Of a stretch of 16,905 nt of DNA, positions 1-10,966 are shown one piece after another. The stretch is from Octopus sinensis. Lineage: Eukaryota. The translations under genes and the position numbers were made by a program. Positions within the stretch are counted from its first letter, which is position 1. Each line of letters begins with the position of its first letter. Below the pieces are notes generated by a model, which was not told the origin of the DNA, did not search any database, and saw nothing but the letters and a program-made list of their open reading frames with translations. The DNA lies in the NCBI RefSeq assembly GCF_006345805.1, contig NW_021825048.1:1-16905 (forward strand), in the 5' to 3' direction.

Positions 1-36
<36 letters not shown>
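1..36 (+). repeat. (TATC)n microsatellite, 5' flank of Tx1-like copy A (runs off the window start)
   Basis: Perfect TATC tandem from base 1 to 36. Confidence 0.98.
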
Positions 37-2129
37 CGACGTTTTGGCGGCGTGTTGGCTCCCGACCAACACTTCAACGCGAAACACGAAGGGTGTGTTG
101 TCACAGCTAGGGTGCGTGCTCTAAGGAACGAAGGTGTTAGAGCCGCGAGGGAAGCCCGGGTGGTAGAGGCGCAACAGGGCAATAAAGCCACAATTCATTC
201 TCTCGTAGATGAACAGGGGCGCGAATTGCTCGAGTCAAGTAAAATGTGTGACGCATTCCAACGGCATTTTGCCCGACTGTTCGGGACGAGTGGCGAGCAA
301 GAGCGTAGGGTGGACTTCAGTGCCTACCTACACAGCATACCACGACTCTCGACAAGAGAGGCAGGGCGCTGCGAAGGTGACATCAAGGCGGCGGAAGTGC
401 GGGACGCGATAGCAGATTGCTCGAGTGACAAGTCGCCGGGTTTGGTTGGTCTACCCTACGAGCTTTACAGTTGTATGCCAGACTTGTTTGGAGACGTCTT
501 GGCAGCGGTGTACTGCAACTGGTAGCAAAACGGGAGCATTCCTGGTTTTGTGATCCGAGGAGCCGTAACTCTGCTGAAGAAAGATCTAAACAAGGGGAAT
601 GTAATAGATAACTTTAGGCCCATCACTTGAAAATTTTGTTCAACGTGTTAGCAACGTGCTTGGCGCTTGTTATCGAGAAACTGGTCGACAAGGCGCAAAC
701 ATGCGCCGTGCCGGGCCGGAGCATCAATGACAACCTACACCTGATGTGCTACATCATAGACAGGGTAGTTAAGAAACCTGGCATGGGTGGGGCGCTGATC
801 AATTTGGATCAATCGAAAGCTTTGGATAGGGTAGACCATCGATACTGACAGGAGCGAAAATCAACCGGGAAAAACAAGTGGGTTTGCGACTCGGTACCTG
901 GAGGAGCAAGCCCATGCCGTCCACCAGCACCTCCGTCGTGGGACGCTGGACCGACTGTCCGGTCGAGTTTTTCGGGGTCTGGTTTGTTCCGGACCTCCAA
1001 ATGGAGAAGAGCTAGAACGAGATAATGAGTAGGGTGGTCACTCTCGCCCGGCAATGGGCCGAGAAGAAACTCCTTAAAAGTTTGGGTGGAGGTGGCCAAC
1101 TCGTACATCGCGTACGTCATCTACTACCGTCTGACCGTCGTGCCTTGTCCCGACCCTACCATCACCAATCTAGAGCGTATTCTCTTTCGCGTCTTGTGGA
1201 AAGGATGCGTCCCGATGGTCAGGCGATCCATTTGCAGTCAACACCCGTTAAAAGGAGGACTGGGCATGCCGTGTTTGATGATGCACAGACACTCGCTTAG
1301 ACTGCGACATCTCAGGGTCTATGTAGACGACGGTGAACAGGTGTGGTCGCTGTTTCTGAGGCACGCTTTCGGCAACTCGCCTCCATGACCGAACTGCAGT
1401 CGTGGATCAAAAAGAGGCCGAGAAAGAGCGAATGGCACCGCCAGTGTCGCGTTGCTGTCAAGCAACTATGCCGTCCCGGGTCGGACCATGGAACACCACA
1501 ACCCAAGCCTTCTATAGGGGATTAGGGAGGGTAGGTACGACGACGAGCTCGGGGCGAACCTGGACGTCGACGAGGAATACGTGACCGCCTGTTCAGGACG
1601 ACTTTTGGGCCAGGGCCCATTGACAACCTCCAGAGGTCCCTGATATGGCAGTGCTACCGAGAATCGCTACTTCTTCGGAATAAGCTCTACAGACACGGCT
1701 CGAGGAACACGGGGCCGACCTGCCCGAGATGCGGTCAGAGCGACGAAATCGTTCTGCGCGCACTCGTGCACTGTCCAACCATTTCCGACCTGTGGGCTTA
1801 TGTCGAACAACTGCTGTCACGAGTGGGACGAGTCGGTTTATCAGCCGAGTCTATCGTCAATATTGTCACGCCTCCTACCTTCAAACAGGAAGGAAGAGCT
1901 ACTTTCATCATATGGCGAAAGAAGGTATCTGGTGGACGCGTATGAAAGGATTGGAGACAAACACTTTCCTCTCTGGTCAATCTCTTATCAACATATTCAG
2001 GTATCTTTTGAAAAGGAAAGTGAGAGTAGAAAGGCAAGTTTTGTCTAGCGAATGTTTTAAAAAAGATGGGTGAATGTAGCAAGGATGGCACGTATGAATA
2101 ACGAAGCCAGCTTGAGTATTATCCTATGA
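37..2129 (+). pseudogene. Disrupted ORF2 remnant (partial reverse transcriptase plus C-terminal zinc knuckle) of copy A
   Basis: Motifs: KSPGLVGLPYELY, FRPIT, QTCAVPGRSINDN, LDQSKALDRVDH, GGLGMP, and CPRCGQSDEIVLRALVHC at 1721-1774 (His replaced by Arg). Has stops and frameshifts. The QGCP and YADD segments are deleted near 847. Stop codon TGA at 2127-2129. Confidence 0.9.
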
Positions 2130-2450
2130 AACTGGAAATTCAAAAGTGAGGGTTACTTGAAAAAAAATGTGGTAACATGTAACATATTGACCGAGGTTAC
2201 CGTGGTCTTTTCCGTAGGCTTTTATTCCCACGAATAAAACTTATCTGCTTCCCCCATTACACCTTACATCATGACAGTGTGATACACAATCCATATGATC
2301 GATTTTTTCTTTTGTTTCTTTTCCTTTTTTCTTTGTCTTCTTTCCCCTTTACGATCACTTTTTATCGAAAACCTACCCCACCTTTAATTTCCTAAAAAAG
2401 AAAAGCTCTACCTTGTAATCTTTCACGTCTGTGTGCAGCTCTGTGTGGCT

Positions 2451-2456
2451 AATAAA
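2451..2456 (+). promoter_or_regulatory. AATAAA polyadenylation-type signal at the 3' end of copy A
   Basis: Lies in CTGTGTGGCTAATAAA, identical to copy B at 9031-9046, 5 nt before the TATC array. Confidence 0.6.
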
Positions 2457-2461
2457 CAACA

Positions 2462-2588
<127 letters not shown>

Positions 2589-2727
2589 AATTAACAATAA
2601 CAGGGTAATAAAAAGCTTAGAATGTTTACTACCAATGGCCTAACGTGTAAAAAAAATTGTCAATAGACTATATATTATTCGTATAAATGCAGTGTACATA
2701 TTTAAACACATAAGAGGTATCACATAA

Positions 2728-3048
2728 GAGGCAAAAGCGGGATTGCCTCATGCATATATGTTTTAATCTAGGCGTACCTGCTGATGAAGACTTCGCCTAG
2801 CATATAATTTTATTTGCTAAAAAATTTTGAATCCGTTGTCTAGGAGATAGAGGTAAATGTTTTATAATGTTCATCCCTTCGATTATTATCCCTAATAGCG
2901 GTTTGGATTTTAGCTGTTCCTTCTAGCGTTCAAGGAATCCTATGACGGATACTTCTTATGTGTTTAAATGTACACTGTGTTTATATCTATCTATCTATAT
3001 CATCTATCTATCTATCTATCTATATCTATCTATCTATCTATCTATCCC

Positions 3049-3099
<51 letters not shown>

Positions 3100-3402
3100 C
3101 TGTCTATGGATGTGCTATCGCTTCGACTCCGAAGGTAATCTTTTATTTTGACTATTTATAGCCCAATTTTTGTGTACAATTTTATAAATAAGTTGTGTAA
3201 GGCACCCAACTTTCGTTTGAGTGCTTTTCCAAGGGAGGAATTCGCCCCTAGGGGCAGTTTCAACCCCATTTAATTTTTGTAAATTCTTTCTGACATTTTA
3301 AAATGTCAAGAAATTGTATTGTAGAACGATGGTCGCGTCCTCTATCGACAGCTTTCTCCTAGACTGGAAACGCTAGGAGAAAAAAAGAATTTTGCGCGCA
3401 AA
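2728..3402. other. Hairpin/palindrome-dense segment (possible non-autonomous DNA transposon remnant and/or structured 5' UTR of copy B)
   Basis: Stems at 2728-2749, 2768-2800, 2917-2937, 3121-3134, 3199-3227 and 3353-3382. Perfect palindromes at 3244-3255, 3291-3308 and 3391-3402. Confidence 0.5.
2984..3107 (+). repeat. Imperfect (TATC)n microsatellite
   Basis: TATC tandem with a few interruptions. Confidence 0.95.
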
Positions 3403-3424
3403 GTAAAATTATCAATGATTTGCA

Positions 3425-5460
3425 ATGAACGCTACTACTACGTGTATTAATAGCCTTGTCACCAACACCGCCACTAGCAAGGACAAAACATAGAGACTTC
3501 TACTGTTACCACCACCGCCTTCACCACCACCACCACCACCACCGCCGCCACCTCATCCACTACCTCAGCTACCAACAGCAAACAACAATAACAATGACAA
3601 CAAAAATAAAAATTGCGCGCCACCATTTCGACCTCTGCTGCCACGGCTGTCTCTTCTGCCACTGACACCACCACCAACAACAAAAACAACAACAACAACA
3701 CAACAACAATTCCGTTCAGACCTGTTTTACTCCAACAACAAGAACTGAAGTGAATAAACAAAAAAATGAACCACCAATACAGGGATATTATGAAAATAAT
3801 TTTCCACCCCTTCCTACTTGGCACAATCGAACCAAACACACCAATTTTACAAACTGCAGCCAACCAACAACATCCACCACAGCACAACAACAATAACAAA
3901 CAACAACAAATTTCGCTGAGGCGATTAAAGAAAAAAAAAAACAACAATATATTGTACGGCTCAACAAATACAGGACACGAACATTACAATAACAGAATTA
4001 GATGGTATAGTGAAGATAAACATACCAGAAGAAATATTGGAAGATGAAAAAAAAAGAAACAATTATTTATAAAATAATTAATAAGAAAACAAAAAGCCCA
4101 GAGAAGGCTAACACAAGCAAAATAGAAAAATGCTTGAAACCCATCTGGAACTACAAAGACTATGTGACCTGGTGGAACAAGTTCGCACACATACAAGTGG
4201 ATTTCCACACTGAAGAGTTAGCAAGACATTTCTCAACGCTAACTCTTCATTCAGATGAACTCCAACTTACACCAAGCTATCGGGGACAGAAAGTGACTAA
4301 GATCACTTTAAACAATGTCCCCAAAATAGCCAATAATCTATGGCTAGTAAAGGCCCTATGTACAAAAATTAAAAATTACACTATTTTGGAAACCACGGTC
4401 ACGGAGCATAAAAACTGGGTGGGAAAAAAAGTAGAATTTCTTCTACATAAATCAAGAAGACATAAAAAAAATACCCACCCAGATATGTGTATCAGACGAC
4501 CACAAGTTGTATGTTGCTACATATGCGGCAGTGAGCAACACCTAAAAAAAGACTGCAAATCTGCCGCAAGAAAACAACAGCAACAACAACAGCAGCCGGA
4601 AAAAAAACAAATAAACCAGTTACTACCCACACCACGTTTTGCAGGAACAAACCTCACCAACCAAACAACCACACCAACTGCAGCACCAAGAACAGAAGCC
4701 ACATCACCAACAACAACAACCAAGAATAAACCAACTCCCAAACCAAGGACATCTGCCAAAAAGACACTCAGCGAAAATGAAGAGACAATTACAACTCCAA
4801 ATCCCCACAAAAATTGAGACCCCAAACAACACAACAATACCTACAATCACTCAAACACAAAATACCCACACCCCACCTCCAAAACCGCATACACCACAAC
4901 CAAACGCTCACCAACCAACACCAACAACAAAATCAACACAGTCGACAATAGACCCCAATATTTTCCCTCTTCAAGGCTCTGATTCGTCTGATTTGTCATT
5001 AGACGAAGAAGACACGGAAGATTGGCAAATAGCCACAGGGGGGGGGGAGAAGAAGAAAAAGGGGGAAAAAAAGAAAGAAAAAATAACAAACAAAGCAGGA
5101 AGATACACCACTCTCGAAACAAAAAAACATCCACAGAAAACAAACACATCAACACAACACACATCCCATCAAACCCCCCAACAATGTTGACAGCCATAAA
5201 CACAGACAACCACGGCCTAATGGAACACATTAGGTCAAAAACCAACATTACTGAGAACGACATAAAAACAAGTAACCACCCACGCACAACACCACCACAA
5301 CACATAAATAATACACGTAACACAGAACACATACAGCACCCTGAAATCTCTTTACCCTGATGCAGTCAGTAGGGAGATGTCAAAAGTATTCATCGAAAAA
5401 ACATTACAAAAGCCTCATAGAGAAGACCGTGAGGTGAAAGGCAAAGAACTTTCGAACAAC
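3425..5460 (+). pseudogene. Frameshifted ORF1 (gag-like nucleic-acid-binding protein)
   Basis: Zinc knuckle CYICGSEQHLKKDC (CX2CX4HX4C) at 4515-4556 within the 4044-4817 ORF. Upstream frames give ENNFPPLP and NFAEAIK, which resemble ORF1 N-terminal motifs. Thr/Asn/Gln-rich tracts lie on both sides. Start (ATG 3425) and end are approximate. Confidence 0.7.
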
Positions 5461-5531
5461 AAGTACCTTTTCTCTCTCTCTTTCCTTTTTTGCACTTTCT
5501 TTTCGTGTGTAAAACACAATTTTATCGGAAC

Positions 5532-8500
5532 ATGCTCAGAATAGGCAGTATAAATGTACGTGGCTTGGGGTCGCCTTGGAAACAAGGCTACCTGTTAATG
5601 ACATCAAGTCACTAAATCTGAATATCATAGCCATCAGTGAGACCAGACTCCACAGCTTGCGGGCACTCCAGCACATTTTCGGTACACATTTCAACATTTA
5701 TTTTTCTCCGTGTCTACCGAGAATGGGCGGAGGTGGCACCGCGGTGCTTATCCGGAAGAGTCTGGATCTCAAGTAAGAGCAAATTTCCTAGACCCGGAGG
5801 GTAGGGGTCGTTTTGGATGTCGATAGCAGCATGAGTGTGCTTTTCGACTGATAGCAGTTTATGCTCCGTCCTTAACAGGCCGACCAGATTTCTTTCAACG
5901 TCTAGAGTCTTTCATGGGAACGTCTCGTCCTTTACTTTTAGTGGGGGATTGGATGCCACCCTGGACACGCATCTAGACTACGTGGGCAGAGATAGCAATA
6001 GAAGGGGATGCAATGCCTCAAAGACCTGCTCAGACGTTTCCAACTGTCTGACAGGTACCGACGACTGGACCACCCGAATGTGCCAATGTGGACCTGGAGT
6101 AACCGCATCGGGTCGTCCAGATCATACTTAGATAGAGTATTCTGTAGTACAATAGATAAAAATAGTGTAGGTTGTCCACAATTTCATATAGTCAGTTACA
6201 CAGATCACAAGTTTGTGACTTGTACACTTGACACATAGGCAGGGTCCTGGTTACTGGAAACTGAACGCGTCTTTTAACAGCACGACAGGTTTACAGGGAC
6301 CGGATCAGCACATTAGTTAAGAGATCTTTGACGGGTACCATCATCAACAACAGATGGTGGTATGCCCTAAAAAAAGCAATTAAAGCAGAATCAGTCAGAT
6401 ACAGTAGAGCCCTAGCATTAGACCGAAATAGAATAGAGGGAGAATTAGTTAAGGTTTTAGAAGAGGCACTTAGAACTGGCATCGCATCCAACGTGCTGGC
6501 GGCGAGATTGACCCTCGACCAACACCTCAACGCCAAACACGAGGGATGCGTTGTCAGAGCTAGGATGCGTGCTCTGAGGAACGAAGGAGTTGGAGCCGCC
6601 CAAGAGGCCGAGTGGTGGAGACGCAACGAGGCAACAGGCCACACCATCAAGTCTCCTTATAGATGAACAGGGGCGCGAATTGCTCGAGCCTAAAAGGATG
6701 TGTGGGGCTTTTCAACAACACTTCACCCAACTGTTTGGGACAAGTGGTGAGTCAGAACGCAGAGTGGACTTTAGTGCCTACCTGCATGCCTTGCCACGAC
6801 TCTCAGCAAGAGAGGTGGAGTCTTGTGAAAGGCCTATCACAGCTGCGGACGTACAGGATGCGATGGTAGGCTGCGCGAGAGACAAATCACCAGGCTTGGA
6901 TGGTCTGCCCTACGAACTTTATTTTCATATGCCAGACTTGTTTGGAGCGTCTTGGCAGCTGTCTACTGCAACTGGCAGCAAAACGGGAGTATTCCTGCTT
7001 TTGTAAAGCGAGGAGCAGTGACACTGATTAAGAAAGACCCAAACAAGGGGGACGTCATAGATAATTTCAGGCCCATCACTCTGCTCAACGCAGATTTGAA
7101 AATTTTGGCCAAGGTGTTAGCCGAGAGGTTGGCGCTTGTCATCAAGAAACTAATCGACAAGGCGCAAACATGCGCCGTGCATCCGCTCAGTAGTTCGCGT
7201 AAATGGTCATCTATCCAGACCTTTTAACATCATGCGTTCGGTTCGTCAGGGATGCCCCCTCTCATCGCTGCTGTATGTACTGACTCTTGAGCCACTACTA
7301 CGGAAACTGGCGACGCTGAGGGGCATCCCACGAGAGAGCTGGGATGCGGGAGGAGCTGTCTGCATACGCGGATGACGTCACCGTCATAGTGTCGAGCTAC
7401 GAGCACATCGAGCTGGTCGGCGAGACACTAAAAGAATACGAAGCGGTAACGGGAGCAAAAATAACCGGGAAAAGTCAGTGGGCTTGCGGCTCGGCACCTG
7501 GAGAAGCAGGCCCATGCCGTCCAACAGCGTCTCCATCGTGGGACGATGGACGGGCGGACCGGTTAAATTGCTCGGGGTCTGGTTCGGTCGGACCCGGACC
7601 TCCAATGGAAAGAACTGGGGCGAGATAACGACTAGGGTGGCTACTCTCACCCAGAAATGGGCTGAGAGAAAGCTATCCCTAAAAGGTCGGGCGGAGGTGG
7701 CGAACGCGTACATGGCATCCGTCATCGAGTATCGTCTGACCCGTGCTGTGCCTTGTCCCGACCCTACCATCACCAAACTTGAACGTATACTCTTCCGCTT
7801 CTTGTGGAAGGGAAGCGTTCCGATGGTTAGGCGATCCATTTGCTGTCAACACCCGCTAAATGGAGGGCTGGGCATGCCGTGGTTGATGATGCGCAGACAT
7901 GCGCTGAGACTGCGACACCTCCGGCGCTTTATAGAAACGGTGAACAGGTGTGGTCACCTTTTGTGCGGCGCGCTTTCCCGCAGCTCGTCTCCTTGGACGA
8001 ACTACAGTCATGGATCAAGCAGAGACCGAGGCTAGGCGAATGGCCACCGCGAGTGTCGCGTTGCTCTCAAGCAACTCTGCCGTCCTGGATCGAACTTGTG
8101 CGACTCCATCACAACAAAGGCATTCTATAGAGATTAGTGGAGGGGAGGTGCGACGACGAACTCGGGCAGAGTCTGGGCGTCGACGAGGAACACCTGACCC
8201 GCTGTTCAGGACAACTTTCGGTCCGGGACCTATGAACAATCCACCAAAGATCCCTGGCCTGGCAGTGCTATCGAGAAGCATTACCTGTTCGGGATAAGCT
8301 CTACAGACACGGTTCCAGACACACTGGACCGACTTGCCCGAGATGCGGTCAGTGCGACGAAACCGTTCTGCACGCACTCGTGCAATGTGCAACCATTTCA
8401 GACCTGTGGGCTTATGCCGAACGGCTGCTGTCACGTGTGGGACGAATCCGCCTATCGGCCGAGTCTATCGTGAGAATTGCTCCGCCCCCTCCCTCAACCG

Positions 8501-8752
8501 GGAAGGCAAGGCAGTTTTCATCGTACTGGTGGCCATGGTGAAAGAATGTGTGTGGGGACCCGAGCGAAAGGATTAGAGACAAACACTTACTTCTCTGGCC
8601 AATCGCTCATCAACTTTTTCAAGTACCACTTGAAAAGGAAGGTGAGAATGGAGAGGGAAGTTTTGTCTCGCGAAAGATTCAAAAAAAGATGGGTGAATGT
8701 TGCAAAGATGGTGCGTGCTAGTAACGAAACCATTTTGAGCATGATCCTGTAG
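5532..8752 (+). pseudogene. Frameshifted ORF2: AP-type endonuclease, reverse transcriptase and C-terminal zinc knuckle
   Basis: Endonuclease motifs: MLRIGSINVRGL, IAISETRL, IAVYAP, LVGDW, SYLDRVF, YTDH. Then GYWKLN. RT motifs: KSPGLDGLPYELY, FRPITLLNADLKILAKVLA, RSVRQGCP, AYADDVTV. CPRCGQCDETVLHALVQC at 8335-8388. Stop TAG ends at 8752. An internal RT deletion lies at 7180/7181. Confidence 0.93.
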
Positions 8753-9040
8753 ATCGTAAATAAGAAGAAAGAGAGCATTTTGATCTCATGTGTTTATTTC
8801 CTCCCTGACTGAGGTTCCCGTGGTCTTTTCTGTAGGCTTTTCTTCCCACGGATGAACCCAATCTTGTTATATCAATGTTTTTATCATTATTTCTGTGATA
8901 CACGATTTCCTTTTTTTTTCTTTTTTTTCCTCCTCTCGATCCCTTTTGATCGCAATCTTACATTTTTTATTTTTTTCCACCCTCGAAAAGAAAAGCTCTG
9001 CATTTGTATTTGTCCCCTCTGTATTCAGCCCTGTGTGGCT

Positions 9041-9046
9041 AATAAA
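9041..9046 (+). promoter_or_regulatory. AATAAA polyadenylation-type signal at the 3' end of copy B
   Basis: Same 16-nt context as copy A, 7 nt before the TATC array. Confidence 0.6.
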
Positions 9047-9052
9047 AGAAAG

Positions 9053-9053
<1 letters not shown>

Positions 9054-9114
<61 letters not shown>

Positions 9115-9142
9115 CTATCTATCTATCTATCTATCTATCTAC

Positions 9143-9189
<47 letters not shown>

Positions 9190-9267
9190 CCTATCTATCT
9201 ATCTATCTATCTATCTCTTACTATCTATCTATCTATCTATCTATCTACCTACCTATCTATCTATATA

Positions 9268-9329
<62 letters not shown>

Positions 9330-9353
9330 ATATATATATCTATATACATATAT
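9054..9353 (+). repeat. Compound microsatellite: (TATC)n grading into (TA)n
   Basis: TATC tandem to about 9270, then TA tandem to about 9353. Confidence 0.97.
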
Positions 9354-9708
9354 AAACAAAGATGAAATTTACAAAAAACAAAAGACGACAGAGATATATG
9401 AACAATGTGTGTATTAGTTTGACACTCCGAAAAGTGAGAAAGGGCTTTACGTTTCGAGCTTACGATCTTCAAAATAAAGAAAAAGAGGAAAAAACAGAAG
9501 TTCAAAAAGGATTAAAAGTGTAGTGTATTGGAGGGATTTTTCATTAACAGATGACTCACGTGAAATCCATAAGTATATCAAGTGGCAATCGGGGTGCGGT
9601 AGAGTGCTGATATGTAGAATCGGAGAGGTGCAGAAAGTCCAGGCAGTAGTAATTCCAATGTGTAGGTGTTTAAAGCTGATAAAACAAGTGTGACGGCTTG
9701 AGCGTACA

Positions 9709-9746
9709 ATATATATATATATATATAATATATATATATATATATA
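9709..9746. repeat. (TA)n microsatellite
   Basis: TA tandem abutting the start of the 492-bp array. Confidence 0.95.
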
Positions 9747-9974
9747 ATTAATCAATATAGGGTGCCAAAAAAAAAAATTTTGTAGAATTTTTTTGCCACC
9801 AGCGGCCTAGTGGGAAAAAATTAAATAGTCATAGACCATTTTAAGTTCAACATCAACAATCAAGGAACGGCCATAATAGGCCATTCACCCACTAGAAATA
9901 ACAGCCAAAGCTTCAACCGCAAATAAAAGTCAATCCGTAAACAGGAGAAAATTTAAAAAACATTTACCCTGTAA

Positions 9975-10079
9975 TTTCTTATACGATGCACCGTTTCGTC
10001 TGCTGTTTAATGGTAAACTAACCTGATTAAATTAAATCAAGCCAATCTTCCATAGGCCCTCAGATTCTTCAGTAAGAAA
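9975..10079 (-). ncRNA. Type I hammerhead ribozyme motif, copy 1
   Basis: Minus strand reads TTTCTTA-CTGAAGA-ATCTG...CAGAC-GAAA-CGGTGCATCG-TA^TAAGAAA. Helix I is 7 bp, the CUGANGA and GAAA cores are intact, and the triplet is GUA. Predicted cut between 9982 and 9981. One deviation: A10.1-C11.1 instead of G-C. Confidence 0.8.
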
Positions 10080-10467
10080 AGCCACAAGTCGGAACAGATA
10101 TTTTCACGAGGCATTTCCGACCCTGCCAAGTTAATATCTGACCTAAAATTTTCAAATCATCGCACTCGCGCCAAATTTATCGGCAGCAAATAAATATAAG
10201 CCGTCGATTCCATTACGGAATTAACCAGAAAATTCATAATTAATCAATATAGGGTGCCAAAAAAAAAAATTTTGTAGAATTTTTTTGCCACACGGCGGCT
10301 AGTGGGAAAAAATTAAATAGTCATAGACCATTTTTAAGTTCAACATCAACAATCAAGGAACGGCCATAATAGGCCATTCACCCACTAGAAATAACAGCCA
10401 AAGCTTCAACCGCAAATAAAAGTCAATTCCGTAAACAGGAGAAAATTTAAAAACATTTACCCTGTAA

Positions 10468-10570
10468 TTTCTTATACGATGCACCGTTTCGTCTGCTGTT
10501 TAATGGTAAACTAACCTGATTAAATTAATCAAGCCAATCTTCATAGGCCCTCAGATTCTTCAGTAAGAAA
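10468..10570 (-). ncRNA. Type I hammerhead ribozyme motif, copy 2
   Basis: Same core and helices as copy 1. Predicted cut between 10475 and 10474. Confidence 0.8.
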
Positions 10571-10966
10571 TAGCCACAAGTCGGAACAGATATTTTCACG
10601 AGGCATTTCCGACCCTGCCAGTTAATATCTGACCTAAAATTTTCAAATCATCGCACCCGCGCCAAATTTATCGGCAGCAAATAAATATAAGCCGTCGATT
10701 GCATTACGGAATTAACCAGAAAATTCATAATTAATCAATATAGGGTGCCAAAAAAAAAAATTTTGTAGAAAATTTTTTGCCACCAGGGCCTAGTGGGAAA
10801 AAATTAAATAGTCATAGACCATTTTTAAGTTCAACATCAACAATCAAGGAACGGCCATAATAGGCCATTCACCCACTAGAAATAACAGCCAAAGCTTCAA
10901 CCGCAAATAAAAGTCAATTCCGTAAACAGGAGAAAATTTAAAAAACATTTACCCTGTAATTTCTTA

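Larger units (their letters stand above)
37..2460 (+). mobile_element. 5'-truncated L1/Tx1-clade non-LTR retrotransposon (copy A)
   Basis: Aligns by eye to copy B from 6489 onward. Carries RT motifs, a C-terminal Cys/His knuckle, a 3' UTR and AATAAA, and is flanked on both sides by (TATC)n. Confidence 0.92.
3425..9053 (+). mobile_element. Near full-length L1/Tx1-clade non-LTR retrotransposon (copy B); the 5' end may extend to about 3108
   Basis: ORF1 with a CCHC knuckle, then ORF2 with APE endonuclease, RT and C-terminal CCHC, then a 3' UTR with AATAAA ending in (TATC)n. The 5' boundary is uncertain. Confidence 0.9.

Noticed and set aside
2781-2787. CTGATGA hammerhead-core heptamer
   Set aside because: There is no correctly placed GAAA, helix III or helix I partner.
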